Part shown: positions 1 to 12,950 of the stretch, one piece after another
Layout: every line of letters starts with the position of its first letter
How positions within the stretch are numbered: position 1 is the stretch's first letter
NCBI RefSeq assembly: GCF_963921235.1
Contig: NC_086097.1
Coordinates: 138,820,001-138,884,000, forward strand
Direction: 5' to 3'
From: Mobula hypostoma
Taxonomy: Eukaryota
Length of the DNA: 64,000 bases
The notes under the pieces: generated by a model
Database searches by the model: none
What the model saw: the letters and a program-made list of their open reading frames with translations, nothing else
Told to the model about the DNA's origin: nothing
Made by a program: the position numbers and the translations under genes

Positions 1-103
1 GTAACTTACTCTAGAAACTGCCTAGAATTCCCCTACTGCATAGCCCTCTATTTTCCTAAGCTCAATGTACCGATCCAAGAGTCTGTTAAAACACTTTATT
101 GTA
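1..103 (-). mobile_element. CR1 LINE 3' end fragment
   Basis: Resembles the minus-strand CR1 3' UTR at about 21550-21640 (catagccctctatttt...agctc...tccaagagtc..ttaaaa). Confidence 0.65.
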
Positions 104-104
104 A

Positions 105-1490
105 TAGAACATGGACGTATAGAACTTGAGATGAAGAGTCCTCGAAAGTGAGTCCATAGGTTGGGGGAACATTTTAATGATGGGGCAAGGGAAGTTAAGT
201 GAAGTTATCCCCTTTGGCTCAAGAGGCTGATGGTGGTGTGATTCCTAGGGCTTCTGTACCTTATTCCTAACAGCAGAAGTGAGAAAAGAGCATGGCCTGG
301 GTGGTTGGGGTCCCGGATGATGCATGCTGCTTTCCTGCAACAACTGGGTTATATCATTACTTTTTGTAGAATTTGCCATTGAAGGGTCTTGATGTTTCCA
401 TATCAGGTAGTGATGCAGCCAGTTAATATACTCTCCACCATACATCTAGAGAAGTTTGTCAAAGTTTTAGATTTCATGCCAAATCTTTGCAAACTCCTAA
501 GGAAGCAGAGGTGCTGCCGTAATTTCTTCATATTTATGTGCTGGGCCAAGGAGAGGTCCGCTTGATAACACTGAGGAATTTAGAGTTACTGTCTCATTCC
601 ACCTCTGATCCCCCAGTGAGGACTGGCTCATGGACCTCTTATTTCCTCCTCCTGAAGTCAATAATCAGCTCTTTGGTCTTGCTGACATTGAGTGAGAGGT
701 TGTTGTTATGGCACCACTCAGACTGATTTTCAATCTCTTTCCTATATGCTGATTCATCACCACCTTTGAGTCAGCCTGTGTTTTCAGCAAACTTAAATAT
801 GGTTTTGGAGCTGTGCTTAGCCACATAGTCATAGGTGTGAAGCGAGTAGAGCAGGGGGCTAAGCACACAGTTCTGTGGTGCACCTGTACTCCTCGAGGTT
901 GTGGAGGAGATGCTGTTGTCAATCTGAACTGACTGGGATCTGCAAGTGAAGAAATTGAGCATCCATTTGCACAAGGTGGTATTGAGGTTGAGGCCTTGAA
1001 GCGTACTGATTAGTTTTGAGGGGATGATGATATTGAACGCCAAGCTGTAGTTGATAAAGAGCATCCTGATGTATGCACCTTTGCTGCCCAGATGTTCCAG
1101 GGTTGAGTGCAGAGCCAATGAGGTGGCATCTGTTGTGGATCTGTTACTCCAGTAGGCAATTTGGAGAGAATTCAAGTCGCTTCTCAAGTAGGAGTTGATA
1201 TGTTTTATCATATTCATCACAGTGGATGCAAGTGCTACTGGACGATAGTCATCGGAGCAAGTTACCACGTTCTTCTTAGGGACCAGTAGAAGTGAAGTCT
1301 GCTTGAAGCAGGTGGGTATCTCAGACTACTGAAGCGAGAGGTTAAAGATCTCAGTGAATAGTCCAGCCAGTTAATCAGCACAGGTCTTTAGTACTTGGCC
1401 AGGTACCCTGTCTGGGCTGGATGCTTTTCGTGGGTTTATCCTCCTGAAGGCTGCTCACACATCAGTCCAAGGGACTGAAATCTCAGGATC
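105..1490 (-). mobile_element. Rex1/Babar-type LINE, degenerate RT and 3' region
   Basis: ORF 771-1268 has DYRPVAL, AY..NRST.DA, RMLFINYSLAFN, GAPQNCVLSPLLYSL and FKFA motifs; homologous to the 13436-14615 copy. Confidence 0.85.
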
Positions 1491-1849
1491 ATCAATCCAT
1501 TTAACAGAGGAAGTGTCTCATTGGGCTCTTCTTCCTCACCTCTGCCTCCATATCAATCTCCCAAACTGAAAGAAACGCAAGTCACCAAACCGTCTCTTCC
1601 AAGTATCTTCAGAATCGTGGAGATGTGCCACAGTTGCAGAATCCACCCAGTCCATCATGTCCTGTCATCTGATAAAGACACGTTGAGACAAGGTTACATA
1701 CTTGCTGGCTCCCCACCTCTGTAGTCCTGAGGCTTCCATCTCTTTGAATTATCAACACTTCTTGGGATGTAGTGAATGATCCAGCATTCACCACCCATCC
1801 ATTGGACAAAAAGATCCAGAAGTCACCACTCTGAAGGTGAGGGGTTAGG

Positions 1850-3116
1850 TCCAGAGAGGGTGGTGTCCAGATGAATGGAGTGTATTCTACCTGGTGGTCT
1901 GTGACTAGTGGTGTTCAGCAGGGATCTGTTCTGGGGTCCTTGCTCTTCGAAATTTTTTATAAATGACTTAGATGAGGAGGTGGAAAGGTGGGTTAGAAAA
2001 TTTGCAGATGAAACGAAGGTTGGTGGTGTTGGGAGTAGTGGAGAAGACTATCGTAGGTTACGTTGGGACATTGACAGGATCAAAGATTGGCTTGGAAGTG
2101 GCAGGTGGAGTTCAATCCAGAAAACTGTGAAGTGATACACTTTAGAAAGTCAAATTTAAAGGTATATTATGAGGTTAATGGCAGGACGCTTAGCAATGTG
2201 GAAGAACAGAGAAGGATCTTGGAGTTCGGGTCCTTAAATCCCTCAAGGTTGATAGGGTGATTAAGAAGGCATGTGCTGTGTTACCCTTCATTTGTTGAGG
2301 AACTGAATTCAAGACCCTTGAGGTAATTTTGCAGTTCTACAAAATTCTGGTGAAACCACACTCGGAGCATTGTGTTCAGTTCTGGTTGAATCAGTATAGG
2401 AAGGATATGAAGTTTTTAGGGAGGGTGCAGAGGAGATTTACCAGAGTGGTGCCTGGATTAGAAAACATATGAGCAAAGGCCGAGCGAGCTAAGGATTTTC
2501 TCTTTGATTGAACAAGAAGGAGAGGTGACTTGATAGAAATGTATAAGATGATGAGAGGCTTAGACAGAGTGTGCCAATGGCCAATAAGAGAGCATAAATT
2601 TAAGGAGGGAAGTAAAAGAGAGATGTTAGAGGCAGGCTTTTTTTTTTACATAGAGAGTGTGAAGTTCATGGAAAGCACTGCCAGGGCTGTTTGTAAAGGC
2701 AGATACATTATGAACATTTAAGAAACCTTAGATAGGAATTGTTGGGCACGTGGCCAAGTGGTTAAAGCGTTCGTCTAGTAATTTGAAGGTTGCTAGTTCG
2801 AGCCTCAGCTGTGGCAGTGTGTTTGTGTCCTTGGGCAAGGCACTTAACCACACATTGCTCTGGTGTCTGTGCGAGGAGTAACGTCCCACACAGACTTCCT
2901 ATCTGCGCCTTATAAGGCATGAAAATGCCCGACGCAGGCCTCTCATGGTCTGAGTCGACGTTCCCTCCCCAGATAGGAACAAGGCTGAAATAAAAATGGG
3001 GGGTTACGAGGGTAGGAAGTGTCAGATTAGTGTAGGTTAAAAGGTCAGCACAATATTTTGGGACAAAAGACCTGTGGTGTGCTGTACTGTACTGTCATAT
3101 ATTCTATGTTCTATGT
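1850..3116 (+). mobile_element. CR1 LINE 3' part, degenerate, interrupted by a SINE
   Basis: FINDLDEEVERWVRKFADETKVGG motif; ends in the ttctatgttctatg tail; similar to 55400-56398. Confidence 0.9.
2739..2970 (+). mobile_element. tRNA-derived CORE-type SINE (tail type A)
   Basis: A box TGGCCAAGTGG, B-box-like GTTCGAGCC, CORE-like gtgtccttgggcaaggcacttaacc; 9-bp TSD agataggaa at 2730-2738 and 2971-2979. Confidence 0.9.
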
Positions 3117-3384
3117 CCTTCGGAAGTCAAGAATGAAGCACAAATCTTATGATTACTGCCATTTTATTAAATGTTCATTAGGTACAGGTCAGATAGGGTC
3201 ATCCTGTACCAGCAACCAAGACAAATTAAAAGAAATAAAAAGAAGAACTTGACCCCACGCTTTCCCAGTTTATACTGTAAACCAGTCTAAATCAGTTAGA
3301 TAAGGAAACCCGTGAAGAAGCACTGTCTGAGTCACACTTCAGCTCAGCAAAAAACAACACAGAAGCATAGAACCAAATATACTA

Positions 3385-3527
3385 CAGGTTGACCTTCACT
3401 AATCTGGCACCATTGGGACCTGAGGAGTGCCGGATTAGTGAAAATGTCGAATTACATTAAGCATAATCAGTGCCGGATTATCGAAGGAACCGGATTACAG
3501 GTAGTCAGATTAGTGAAGGTCGACCTG
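3385..3527. mobile_element. Tc1/mariner-pogo type MITE, 143 bp
   Basis: TIRs caggt(t/c)gaccttcactaatctg at both ends, TA on both flanks, internal ccggatta repeats. Confidence 0.9.
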
Positions 3528-3564
3528 TACAAGGTACTAAAAGTTTACAAAGAAATTAGTGATT

Positions 3565-4346
3565 ATACAGAGCTGGGCTGAGAAATGGCAGGTGGAGTTC
3601 CATCGGGGGAAGTGTGAAATGATTCACTTTGGAAAGTTGAATTTGAAGGCAGAATACAGAGTTAATGGCAGGATTGTTGGCTGCGTGGAGCAATGGCAGG
3701 ATCTTGGGGTCCACATCCATGGACCCCTCAAAGTTGCTACACAAGTTGATAGGGTTGTTAAGACCCTAGGGAGGGGATTGAGATCAAGAAGTGCAAGGTA
3801 ATGTTGCAACTCTATGAAATCCTGGTTAAACCACACTTGGAGTGTTGTGTTCATTTCTGATTGTCTCATTATAGGAAGGATGTGGAAGCTTTAGAGGGGG
3901 TGCAGAGGAGATTTACCAGGATGGTGCCTGAGCTAGAGGGCATGTCTTAAGAAGATAGGTTGAATAAGCTAGGGCTTTACTTTTGATAGCAAAGGAGGAT
4001 GAGAGGTGAACAAGAAAATAAGAGGCGTGGATAGCCAGAGACTTTTCCCCAGGGCTGAATTGGCAAATGCAAAGGGGTATAATTTTAAGGTGATTGGAGG
4101 AAAGTATAGGTGGATGTCAGAGGAAAGTTTTCTACAAAGAGAGTGCTGGGTGCATGGGAAGCACTCCCAAGGGTGGTGTTAGAGACAGATAAATTAGGGC
4201 CATTTAAGAAACTCTTAGATAGGCATATGGATGATAGAAAAATGGAGGGCTATGTAGGAGGGGAGGGTTAGATTGATCTTAGGGGAGGTTAAAAGGTTGC
4301 ACAACATTGTGGGCTGAAGGGCCTGTTCTGTGCTGTAATATTCTAT
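3565..4346 (+). mobile_element. CR1 LINE, 5'-truncated 3' end
   Basis: WAEKWQVEF...KCEMIHFG...DLGV motifs followed by the CR1 3' UTR. Confidence 0.9.
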
Positions 4347-4911
4347 ATACAATATACACTATGTAGTAAACATAAAAGATAGTGTAAAGAAAGCTAAAAC
4401 TACAAGAAAAAAAAATCACAATAAAAACAACAACCTAGACCCCAATCCAGCAGAGGATTGCGTTTACTTATCTCTCTGCTGAGGGATGGGCCCTTCTGTT
4501 CACTCTCTGTAAACTTCTGATAATTTTACTGATCTCAGTGAAATCCTCTCTGAACGTCCTCTGTTCCAGTTTAAGCATGCCCATCCTGAGAAGTGTTTCT
4601 TCTCAATGATAATTCTCGAACTTGGTAGTACAGTAAAAGTAAGTTTTTCATTGCACCTGTGCACATATGTACTTCTGCATATGACAATAAACTCATCTTT
4701 GACTTTGAACCTTGTAAATCCTCTGTGCAGTTGATTTAGAAGCAGTGAAACCGACTCAATATCTTGTCTACGCCAGCATAGGACAGCTACTTACACCTTC
4801 ATGAGGCATCTTTCTTCCGGCTTGTGAGCTGTGTCTTGCACTGGAGTTGGTGGTTCTGCCAACAGCTACTGGTAGGCTCTGGGAGTTCCATATAGAGTAC
4901 AGTAGTTATAG

Positions 4912-5108
4912 AAGTGTGGAAAAGCAGAGGGATCTGGGGGTACATGTCCACAGATCCCTGAAAGTTGCCTCACAGGTGGATAGGGTAGTTAAGAAAGCTT
5001 ATGGAGTGCTAGCTTTCATAAGTCGAGGGATAGAGTTTAAGAATCGCAATGTAATGATGCAGCTCTATAAAACTCTGGTTAGGCCACACTTGGAGTGCTG
5101 TGTCCAGT
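4912..5108 (+). mobile_element. Internal CR1 fragment truncated at both ends
   Basis: Near-identical by eye to 55717-55913 (QRDLGVHVH.SLKVASQVDRVVKKAYGVLAFISRGIEFK). Confidence 0.9.
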
Positions 5109-5252
5109 CTCTTTCGTGTCAAAGTGAAAACAAATCTCTACACAGTGATGTAAATTAATTACAAATCTAAAACACAAAATAATTGATTGGATAAGTATTC
5201 ACCCCCTTCAAGTCAGTATTTAGTAGATGCACCTTTGGCAGCAACTACAGCC
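5109..5252. mobile_element. Tc1-like DNA transposon terminal-region fragment
   Basis: aagtattcacccccttcaagtcagtatttagtagatgcacctttggcagcaactacagcc resembles Tc1 IR/DR and subterminal sequence (recognised from memory). Confidence 0.65.
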
Positions 5253-5257
5253 AAACT

Positions 5258-8200
5258 CATACACACCCTCCCTATACAAACCCTCAGTGTAAAACACCCT
5301 CCCTATACAAACCCTCAGTGTAAAACACCCTCCCTATACAAACCCTCAGTGTAAAACACCCTCCCTATACAAACCCTCAGTGTAAAACACCCTCCCTATA
5401 CAAACCCTCAGTGTAAAACACCCTCCCTATACAAACCCTCAGTGTAAAACACCCTCCCTATACAAACCCTCAGTGTAAAACACCCTCCCTATACAAACCC
5501 TCAGTGTAAAACACCCTCCCTATACAAACCCTCAGTATAAAACACCCTCCCTATACAAACCCTCAGTGTAAAACACCCTCCTTATACAAACCCTCAGTGT
5601 AAAACACCCTCCCTATACAAACCCTCAGTGTAAAACACCCTCCCCATACAAACGCTCAGTATAAATCACCCTCCCTATACACACACTCAGTATAAAACAC
5701 CCTCCCTATACAAACACTCAGTATAAAACACCCTCCCTATACACACACTCAGTATAAAACACCCTCCCTATAGAAACCCTTGGTATAAAACACCCTCCCT
5801 ATAGAAACCCTCAGAATAAAACACCCTCCCTATAGAAACCCTCAGAATAAAACACCCTCCCTATAGAAACCCTCAGAATAAAACACCCTCCCTATAGAAA
5901 CCCTCAGTATAAAACACCCTCCCTATAGAAACCCTCAGTATAAAACAACCTCCCTATAGAAACCCTCGGTATTGAACACACTCCCAAAACACACCCTCAG
6001 TATTAAACACCCACCCTATACAAACCCTCAGTATAAAACACCCTCCCTATACACACACTCAGTATAAAACACCATCCCTATACACACACACAGTATAAAA
6101 CACCCTCCCTATACAAACCCTCAGTATAAAACACCCTCCCTATACACACACTCAGTATAAAACACCCTCCCTATACAAACCCATCGGTATAAAACACCCT
6201 CCCTATGTAAACCCTCAGTATTGAACACACTCCCAAAACACACCCTCAGTATTAAACACCCACCCTATACAAACCCTCAGTATAAAACACCCTCCCTATA
6301 CAAACCCTCAGTGTAAAACATCCTCCCTATACACACACTCGGTATAAAACACCCACCCTATACACACACACAGTATGAAACACCCTCCTTATTCACACAC
6401 TCAGTATAAAACACCCTCCCTGTACACACCCTCAGTATTAAACACCCTCCCTGTACACACCCTCAGTATTAAACACCCTCCCTATACAAACCCTCAGTGT
6501 AAAACATCCTCCCTATACACACACTCGGTATAAAACACCCACCCTATACACACACACAGTATGAAACACCCTCCTTATTCACACACTCAGTATAAAACAC
6601 CCTCCCTGTACACACCCTCAGTATTAAACACCCTCCCTGTACACACCCTCAGTATTAAACACCCTCCCTGTACACACCCTCAGTATTAAACACCCTCCCT
6701 ATGCACACACTCAGTATTAAACACCCTCCCTATACACACACTCAGTATAAAACACCCCCCCTGTACACACCCTCAGTATTAAACACCCTCCCTGTACACA
6801 CCCTCAGTATTAAACACCCTCCCTGTACACACCCTCAGTATTAAACACCCTCCCTATGCACACACTCAGTATTAAACACCCTCCCTATACACACACTCAG
6901 TATAAAACACCCCCCCTGTACACACCCTCAGTATTAAACACCCTCCCCATACACACCCTCAGTATAAAACACCCTCCCTATACACACCCTCAGTATAAAA
7001 AACAGACCCTATACAAACCCTCAGTATAAAACACCCTCATTATACACACACTCAGTATAAAACACCCTCCCTATACACACACTCAGTATAAAACACCCTC
7101 CCTATACAAACCCTCAGTATAAAACACCCTCCCTATACACACACTCAGTATAAAACACCCTCCCTATACAAACCCTTGGTATAAAACATCCTCCCTATAC
7201 AAACCCATCAGTATAAAACACCCTCCCTATGTAAACCCTCAGTATTGAACACCCTCCCGAAACACACCCTCAGTATTAAATACCCTCCCTATACAAACCC
7301 TCAGTGTAAAACATTCTCCCTATACACACACTCAGTATAAAACACCCTCCCTATACACACACACAGTATAAAGCACCCTCCCTATACACACACTCAGCAT
7401 AAAACACCCTCCCTGTACACACACTCAGCATAAAACATCCACGCTGTACACACACTCAGCATAAAACACCCTCGCTCTACACACCCTCTGTATAAAGCAC
7501 CCTCCCTATACAAACCCTCAGTATAAAACACTTTCTCCGTACACACCCTCTATAAAACGCCCACCCTGTACACACCCTCTGTATAAAACACCCACCCTGT
7601 ACACACCCTCTGTATAAAACATCCACCCTGTACACACCCTCTGTATAAAGCACCCTCCCTATACACACCCTCAGTATAAAACATCCTCCCTATACACACC
7701 CTCAGTATAAAACATCCTCCCTATACACACACGCAGTATAAAACACCCTCCCTATACACACACGCAGTATAAAACAACCTCCCTATACACACACTCAGCA
7801 TAAAACACCCTCCCTGTACACACACTCAGCATAAAACACCCTCCCTGTACACACACTCAGCATAAAACATCCACGCTGTACACACACTCAGCATAAAACA
7901 CCCTCGCTCTACACACCCTCTGTATAAAGCACCCTCCCTATACAAACCCTCAGTATAAAACACTTTCTCCGTACACACCCTCTATAAAACGCCCACCCTG
8001 TACACACCCTCTGTATAAAACACCCACCCTGTACACACCCTCTGTATAAAACACCCACCCTGTACACACCCTCTGTATAAAACACCCACCCTGTACACAC
8101 CCTCTGTATAAAGCACCCTCCCTATACACACCCTCAGTATTAAACACCCTCCCTATACAAACCCTCAGTATAAAACATCCTCCCTATACACACACGCAGT

Positions 8201-9020
8201 ATAAAACACCCTCCCTATACACACACGCAGTATAAAACAACCTCCCTATACACACCCTCTGTATAAAACACCCTCCCTATACACACCCTCTGTATAAAAC
8301 ACCCTCCCTATACACACAGTCAGTATAAAACACCCTCCCTATACAAACCCTCAGTATAAAACACCCTCCCTATGTAAACCCTCAGTATTGAACACCCTCC
8401 TAAAACACACCCTCAGTATTAAACACCCTCCCTATACAAACCCTCAGTATAAAACATCCTCCCTATACACACACGCAGTATAAAACAACCTCCCTATACA
8501 AACCCTCAGTATAAAACACCCAACCTATACAAACCCTCAGTATAAAACACCCTCCCTATACACACACTCAGTATAAAACACCATCCCTATACACACCCTC
8601 TGTATAAAACACCCTCCCTATACACACACCCAGTATAAAACACTCTCCCTATACACACACCCAATATAAAACACCCTCCCTATAAACACACTCAGTATAA
8701 AACACCCTCCCTATACACACACTATAAAGCACCCGCCCTATACAAACCCTCCATATAAAACACTCTCCCTGTGCACACCCTCAGTATTAAACACCCTCGC
8801 TGTACACACCCTCTGTATAAAGCAGCCTCCCTATTCAAACCCTCAGTATAAAACACTTTCTCTGTGCACACCCTCTGTATAAAACACCCACCCTGTACAC
8901 ACCCTCTGTATAAAACACCCACCCTGTAGACACCCTCTGTATAAAACACCCTCCCTATACACACCCTCAGTATAAAACACAGACCCTATACAAACCTTCT
9001 GTATAAAACACCCTCCTTAT
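5258..9020. repeat. 31-bp minisatellite (tatacaaaccctcagt[g/a]taaaacaccctccc)n, about 3.7 kb
   Basis: Tandem array seen directly; each unit consists of two related 15-16 bp halves. Confidence 0.98.
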
Positions 9021-9570
9021 ACATACCATATGCACTCTCTCTATACACATTCTCCAAGTACACACCCTAACTGATACACACCCTTGCTATACACACACTC
9101 TATACACTCCTTCACTCATACACGCCCCCATACACACCCACCCTATAAGCACACTTCCTAAACACCCTCACTACACACACATTCACTTATATACACCCTA
9201 TGTACTGTATATACACACTCTTCCTATACATACCCTCTCTATAGGCACCTTTCCTATACTAACCTTCACTTTTACACACCCTTCCCATTCATACACTCCT
9301 AATATACACCCTCACTCAGACACACCTTCCCCAGACACACCCTTCCTATATGCACTTTCATTTATAAACACCAGTCTTATGAATTCTCACTTCATAAATT
9401 TCCACCTTGTCAATATCAGCTTTATGTACACTAGTCCTGGACACCACAATCACCTCTCTCTTTCTCTCTCGCTCACACACACTCACACACATAGTCATGC
9501 ACACAACTTACATATACACACACCACACACACACACATTCATACACTCACACTCACATCACACACACAGT
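9021..9570. repeat. C/A-rich low-complexity sequence and degenerate (CA)n
   Basis: Degenerate tatacacaccc motifs, then (ct)n and (ca)n tracts. Confidence 0.8.
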
Positions 9571-10285
9571 ATAAGTCATGGGAAGGGAGGCTGGGCTGGG
9601 AGAGAGCTAACTGTCTCTTGCTGGTCACTCAACCCTGACCTCAGGATTATTCCAGTTTCACAGTAATACATACTGCAATCAGAAGTAGAGACTGAGTGTT
9701 GAAAAGCACGTGTCAGTCTATGATCTTGGTCTAGTTTAAAAAAATAACAGGGTGTCCTGGGTCACTGTGATAAAACAACTGGTAGGAATGTTTCAGTGCT
9801 GGCATTTCCCACACTACCAGTGAAATCTTACAAAAGTTGGTAGATACTGCCTCTTGCTGGGAACATTAATCATTTCAGTTCAACAACGTCACTGCAAACA
9901 GCTCCTTCCAAATCTTTCTCACAGGCAGACAGGTGGTCAGTTCAATCGCTTCTCTCCAGACATGTGAGTGAGCGGAGAATCCTCATTCTTCTGCTCTGTC
10001 CGTGGTTTATTTCTACAGCAGGTACTGGTAATATTCAGTGGTTCCTGCATCTTGTCATAAGATAAGATTTATTCAGTGGGGCATGTCTCTGCATGGTTAA
10101 TCTGGCCAGAAGGTGCTTAGCTGTGCAGCAGAGTTCCTGGGACCAGGCAAAGGCATTGAAAGAAGGGTCAATAGAGGAGGCGGGGTCTGTCTCCAACCAT
10201 GGAGAATCTTTGAACCATTTGAGACATCCAGAAGAGAACTGCAGAGCCCACTCCTGGGGATGGACCAAGTTCTGAACTTACATTA

Positions 10286-10496
10286 TGTTGTGTAACTCCA
10301 AAACATAAAACTAATTAGAAGCAAAACACAGAGCCAGGAATGCAAGTCTAACTTCATTTTTTACTGTAAGTGAGGTGTGCACGTATCACATGATGGTGTG
10401 ATGACGTATGCCATTTATGTACTTCTACAGATAACCCGTAATGCCTTATGTATACAACAAATAACGTTTAATCAAAAATACACAACACTCCTCCCT
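10286..10496 (-). mobile_element. LTR (202 bp) with adjacent polypurine tract, probably Gypsy-like
   Basis: Perfect 9-bp inverted termini TGTTGTGTA (10286) and TACACAACA (10487), followed directly by ctcctccct, which reads AGGGAGGAG (PPT) on the minus strand. Confidence 0.8.
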
Positions 10497-10525
10497 GCTT
10501 AGCTATAAACTCCAACTCCATCTCA

Positions 10526-10529
<4 letters not shown>

Positions 10530-10570
<41 letters not shown>

Positions 10571-10594
10571 CACACATACATACACACACACACA
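10530..10594. repeat. (TA)n(CA)n compound microsatellite
   Basis: Seen directly. Confidence 0.97.
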
Positions 10595-11662
10595 TGGAGG
10601 GTGCAGTCTCAGAGAAGCCCAGACTCATAACCGAAGGTAGACCTCTCACCCATTCAGTCCAGCCAATCCCACTTCCTACTCTTTCCCCAAAACCTTTCCC
10701 TCCTGCTCCTCCCCTTTTTGGCAGTTCCTTGGGTTAAAGGTGTCTTTCTTCTGAGGTTTCAAATGTGACTCACGCAGTTGGGCAGAAGATGCCAAATGGA
10801 GTGGACAGGTGTTCACTTTATGGGTGGGTACACATCTTCTCCCACTTACACAGAGTCTCTGTGTGTCCTGATGCATGGCCTTGAGGTAATCTCTCCCTTC
10901 CTTAATGCTCCTTATGCAGTCTGAACAACCATGGGACAAGGATTCCCAAAAGACAGCAGGGATATTGGCTTTTTTTCCGAGCAGGATACAGCACAACTTT
11001 GAATCTTTCCTTCTTCCTGTTCGATAAATCCCACCATGCCCCCCCACAACACCACTATCACAACAGAACTCAAAATAGAGAGCCTGTTTTTGGGCTCTGA
11101 TGTTGAATATAAGGCCAATAGAACTGACAGTGTACAGGTAAGTAGAGCCTCATCTTTGGGGATGTTGGCCTGAGAGGGGATTCTGATGCCATTAATCTTA
11201 TGGTGCAACTGGAAGACTTTGCAGGGACAATACTGGTGGCATCACCCTGTGCTTCAAGGTGCATGATATGTTGTTTGGAAACTGTGCCCATGAAGCTTAT
11301 TGGGGAGGTTAAGTTCACTTTTGTCAAGTGTACCAGGAGCTCAGAGCTCACACCAAAACCTGGATTAGGGAATAGTGTTAATTTAAATGTTGTGGCCATT
11401 GGTAGCAGATTCATTTCAGTTTTAAATCTTATCCTCAGCTAATTCTGATAGTGTTTTTGCCAGTCTCTCAAAAAACATAATTGTGCTACTCAAGAGGCTT
11501 TGAACCTGATTCTCAAGAGCTATGTTGATGAAATAATTTATTCCACAGCTGAGCTGAATAAAGATGGTCCGCTTAAAGTTACTGACAACTTCACAACAAA
11601 AAAAAATGCAGATGAAACCTGTGTCTTGGTAACCTAGCAGCAGTGGTGCGTGTCTGTGGCCC

Positions 11663-12130
11663 TACCAATGGTGAGAATTGATGTTTGGTATTGATGGTGA
11701 ATGTTGAATTTGGTACCAATGGTGAATATTGATTTTTGGTACCAATGGCGAGCATTGATGTTTGGTACCGATGGTGAGTATTGATGTTTGGTATTCATGG
11801 TGAATATTAATGTTTGGTATTCATGGTGAATATTAATGTTTGGTATCAACAGTGAGTAATGATGTTTGGTATTGATGGTGAGTATTGATGTTTGGTATCG
11901 ATGGTAAGTATTGATGCTTGGTATCGATGTTGAGTAATGATGTTTGGTACCAATGGTGAGCATTGATGTTTGGTACCAATGGTGAGCATTGATGTTTGGT
12001 ACCAATGGTGAGCATTGATGTTTGGTACCAATGGTAGGTATCAACATTTGGAATTAATGGTGAGTATTGATGTTTGGTGTTGATGGTAAGTATTGTTGGT
12101 GAGTATTGATACTTGGTATTGGCAGTGAAT
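11663..12130. repeat. 26-bp minisatellite (tgatgtttggtaccaatggtgagcat)n
   Basis: Tandem array seen directly, about 18 diverged units. Confidence 0.95.
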
Positions 12131-12144
12131 TGTTTGAAAATCAG

Positions 12145-12950
12145 CACCAAAGCAAAAACCAACAAACAGCATGCAAAACAAGACAATCTGCAAATTTTAA
12201 AAAATAACCAAATCAACAATGAAATAAACAATAGTGAGAACATGGGTTCAAAGTTCCAATTTAACTTATTAACAAAGTACATATATGCCACCATGAGATT
12301 CACTTTCTTGCTGGCATACACAGTAAGTCCAAGAAACACAATAGAACCGTACCCAACAGGACAGACAACAATCAATGCGCAACAGCCAACGAACTGTGCA
12401 AATAAAAAGAGAAACATATATAATGAAAGTAATAATAATAAATAAATAAGCAATAACTATCAAGAACATGAGATGAACAGCCCTTGAAAATGAGTCCATT
12501 GGTTGTGGGAACAGTTCCGTAATGGGGCAAGTGAAATTGAGTGAAGTTATCCCACCTGGTGATGGATGAGGGGTAGTAACTGTTCCTGAACCTGGTGGTT
12601 TGGGTACTGAGGCTCCTGTACCTTCTTCCTGATGGCAGCAGCGAGAAGGAGCATGGCCTGGGCAGTGACGGTCCCATCATGATGGATGCTGCTTTCCTGC
12701 AGCAATGCTCCATGTAGATATGCTCAATGGTGGGGAGAGCTTTACCCTTGATGGACTGGGCCATTTCCACTACATTTTTGAAGATTTTCCTCACAAAGGT
12801 ATTGGTGTTTCCATACTAGACCGTGATGCAACCAATTACAGTACTCTCCACCACACATCTACAGAAGTTTGTCATATTTTTGGATGTCGTGCCGAAACTT
12901 TGCAAACTTCTAAAGAAGTAGAAGCGCGGCCGCGCTCTCTTCATAATTGT
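12145..12950 (-). mobile_element. Rex1/Babar LINE 3' end(s)
   Basis: AQSI.GKALPTIEHIY...CRKAASI...LLPSGRRYRSL...TTRFRNSYYP; 3' UTR with (ttgaac)-type tail. Confidence 0.85.

Noticed and set aside
2742..2815. tRNA gene (also at 51167 and 58770)
   Set aside because: No clean cloverleaf; continues into CORE and tail sequence and is flanked by TSDs, so it is a SINE head.
5258..9020. CRISPR-like array or repetitive ORFs (7477-8964)
   Set aside because: The units are contiguous with no unique spacers, there are no cas genes and the context is eukaryotic; the ORFs are translations of the repeat.
10600..11450. Cluster of overlapping 80-123 aa ORFs, possibly LTR-element internal genes
   Set aside because: No gag, pol or host motif recognised; the lengths are compatible with chance.
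11634..12453. ORFs of 137 and 206 aa with a hydrophobic N-terminus and repeats
   Set aside because: They are read-throughs of a T-rich Rex1 3' UTR and the 26-bp minisatellite.
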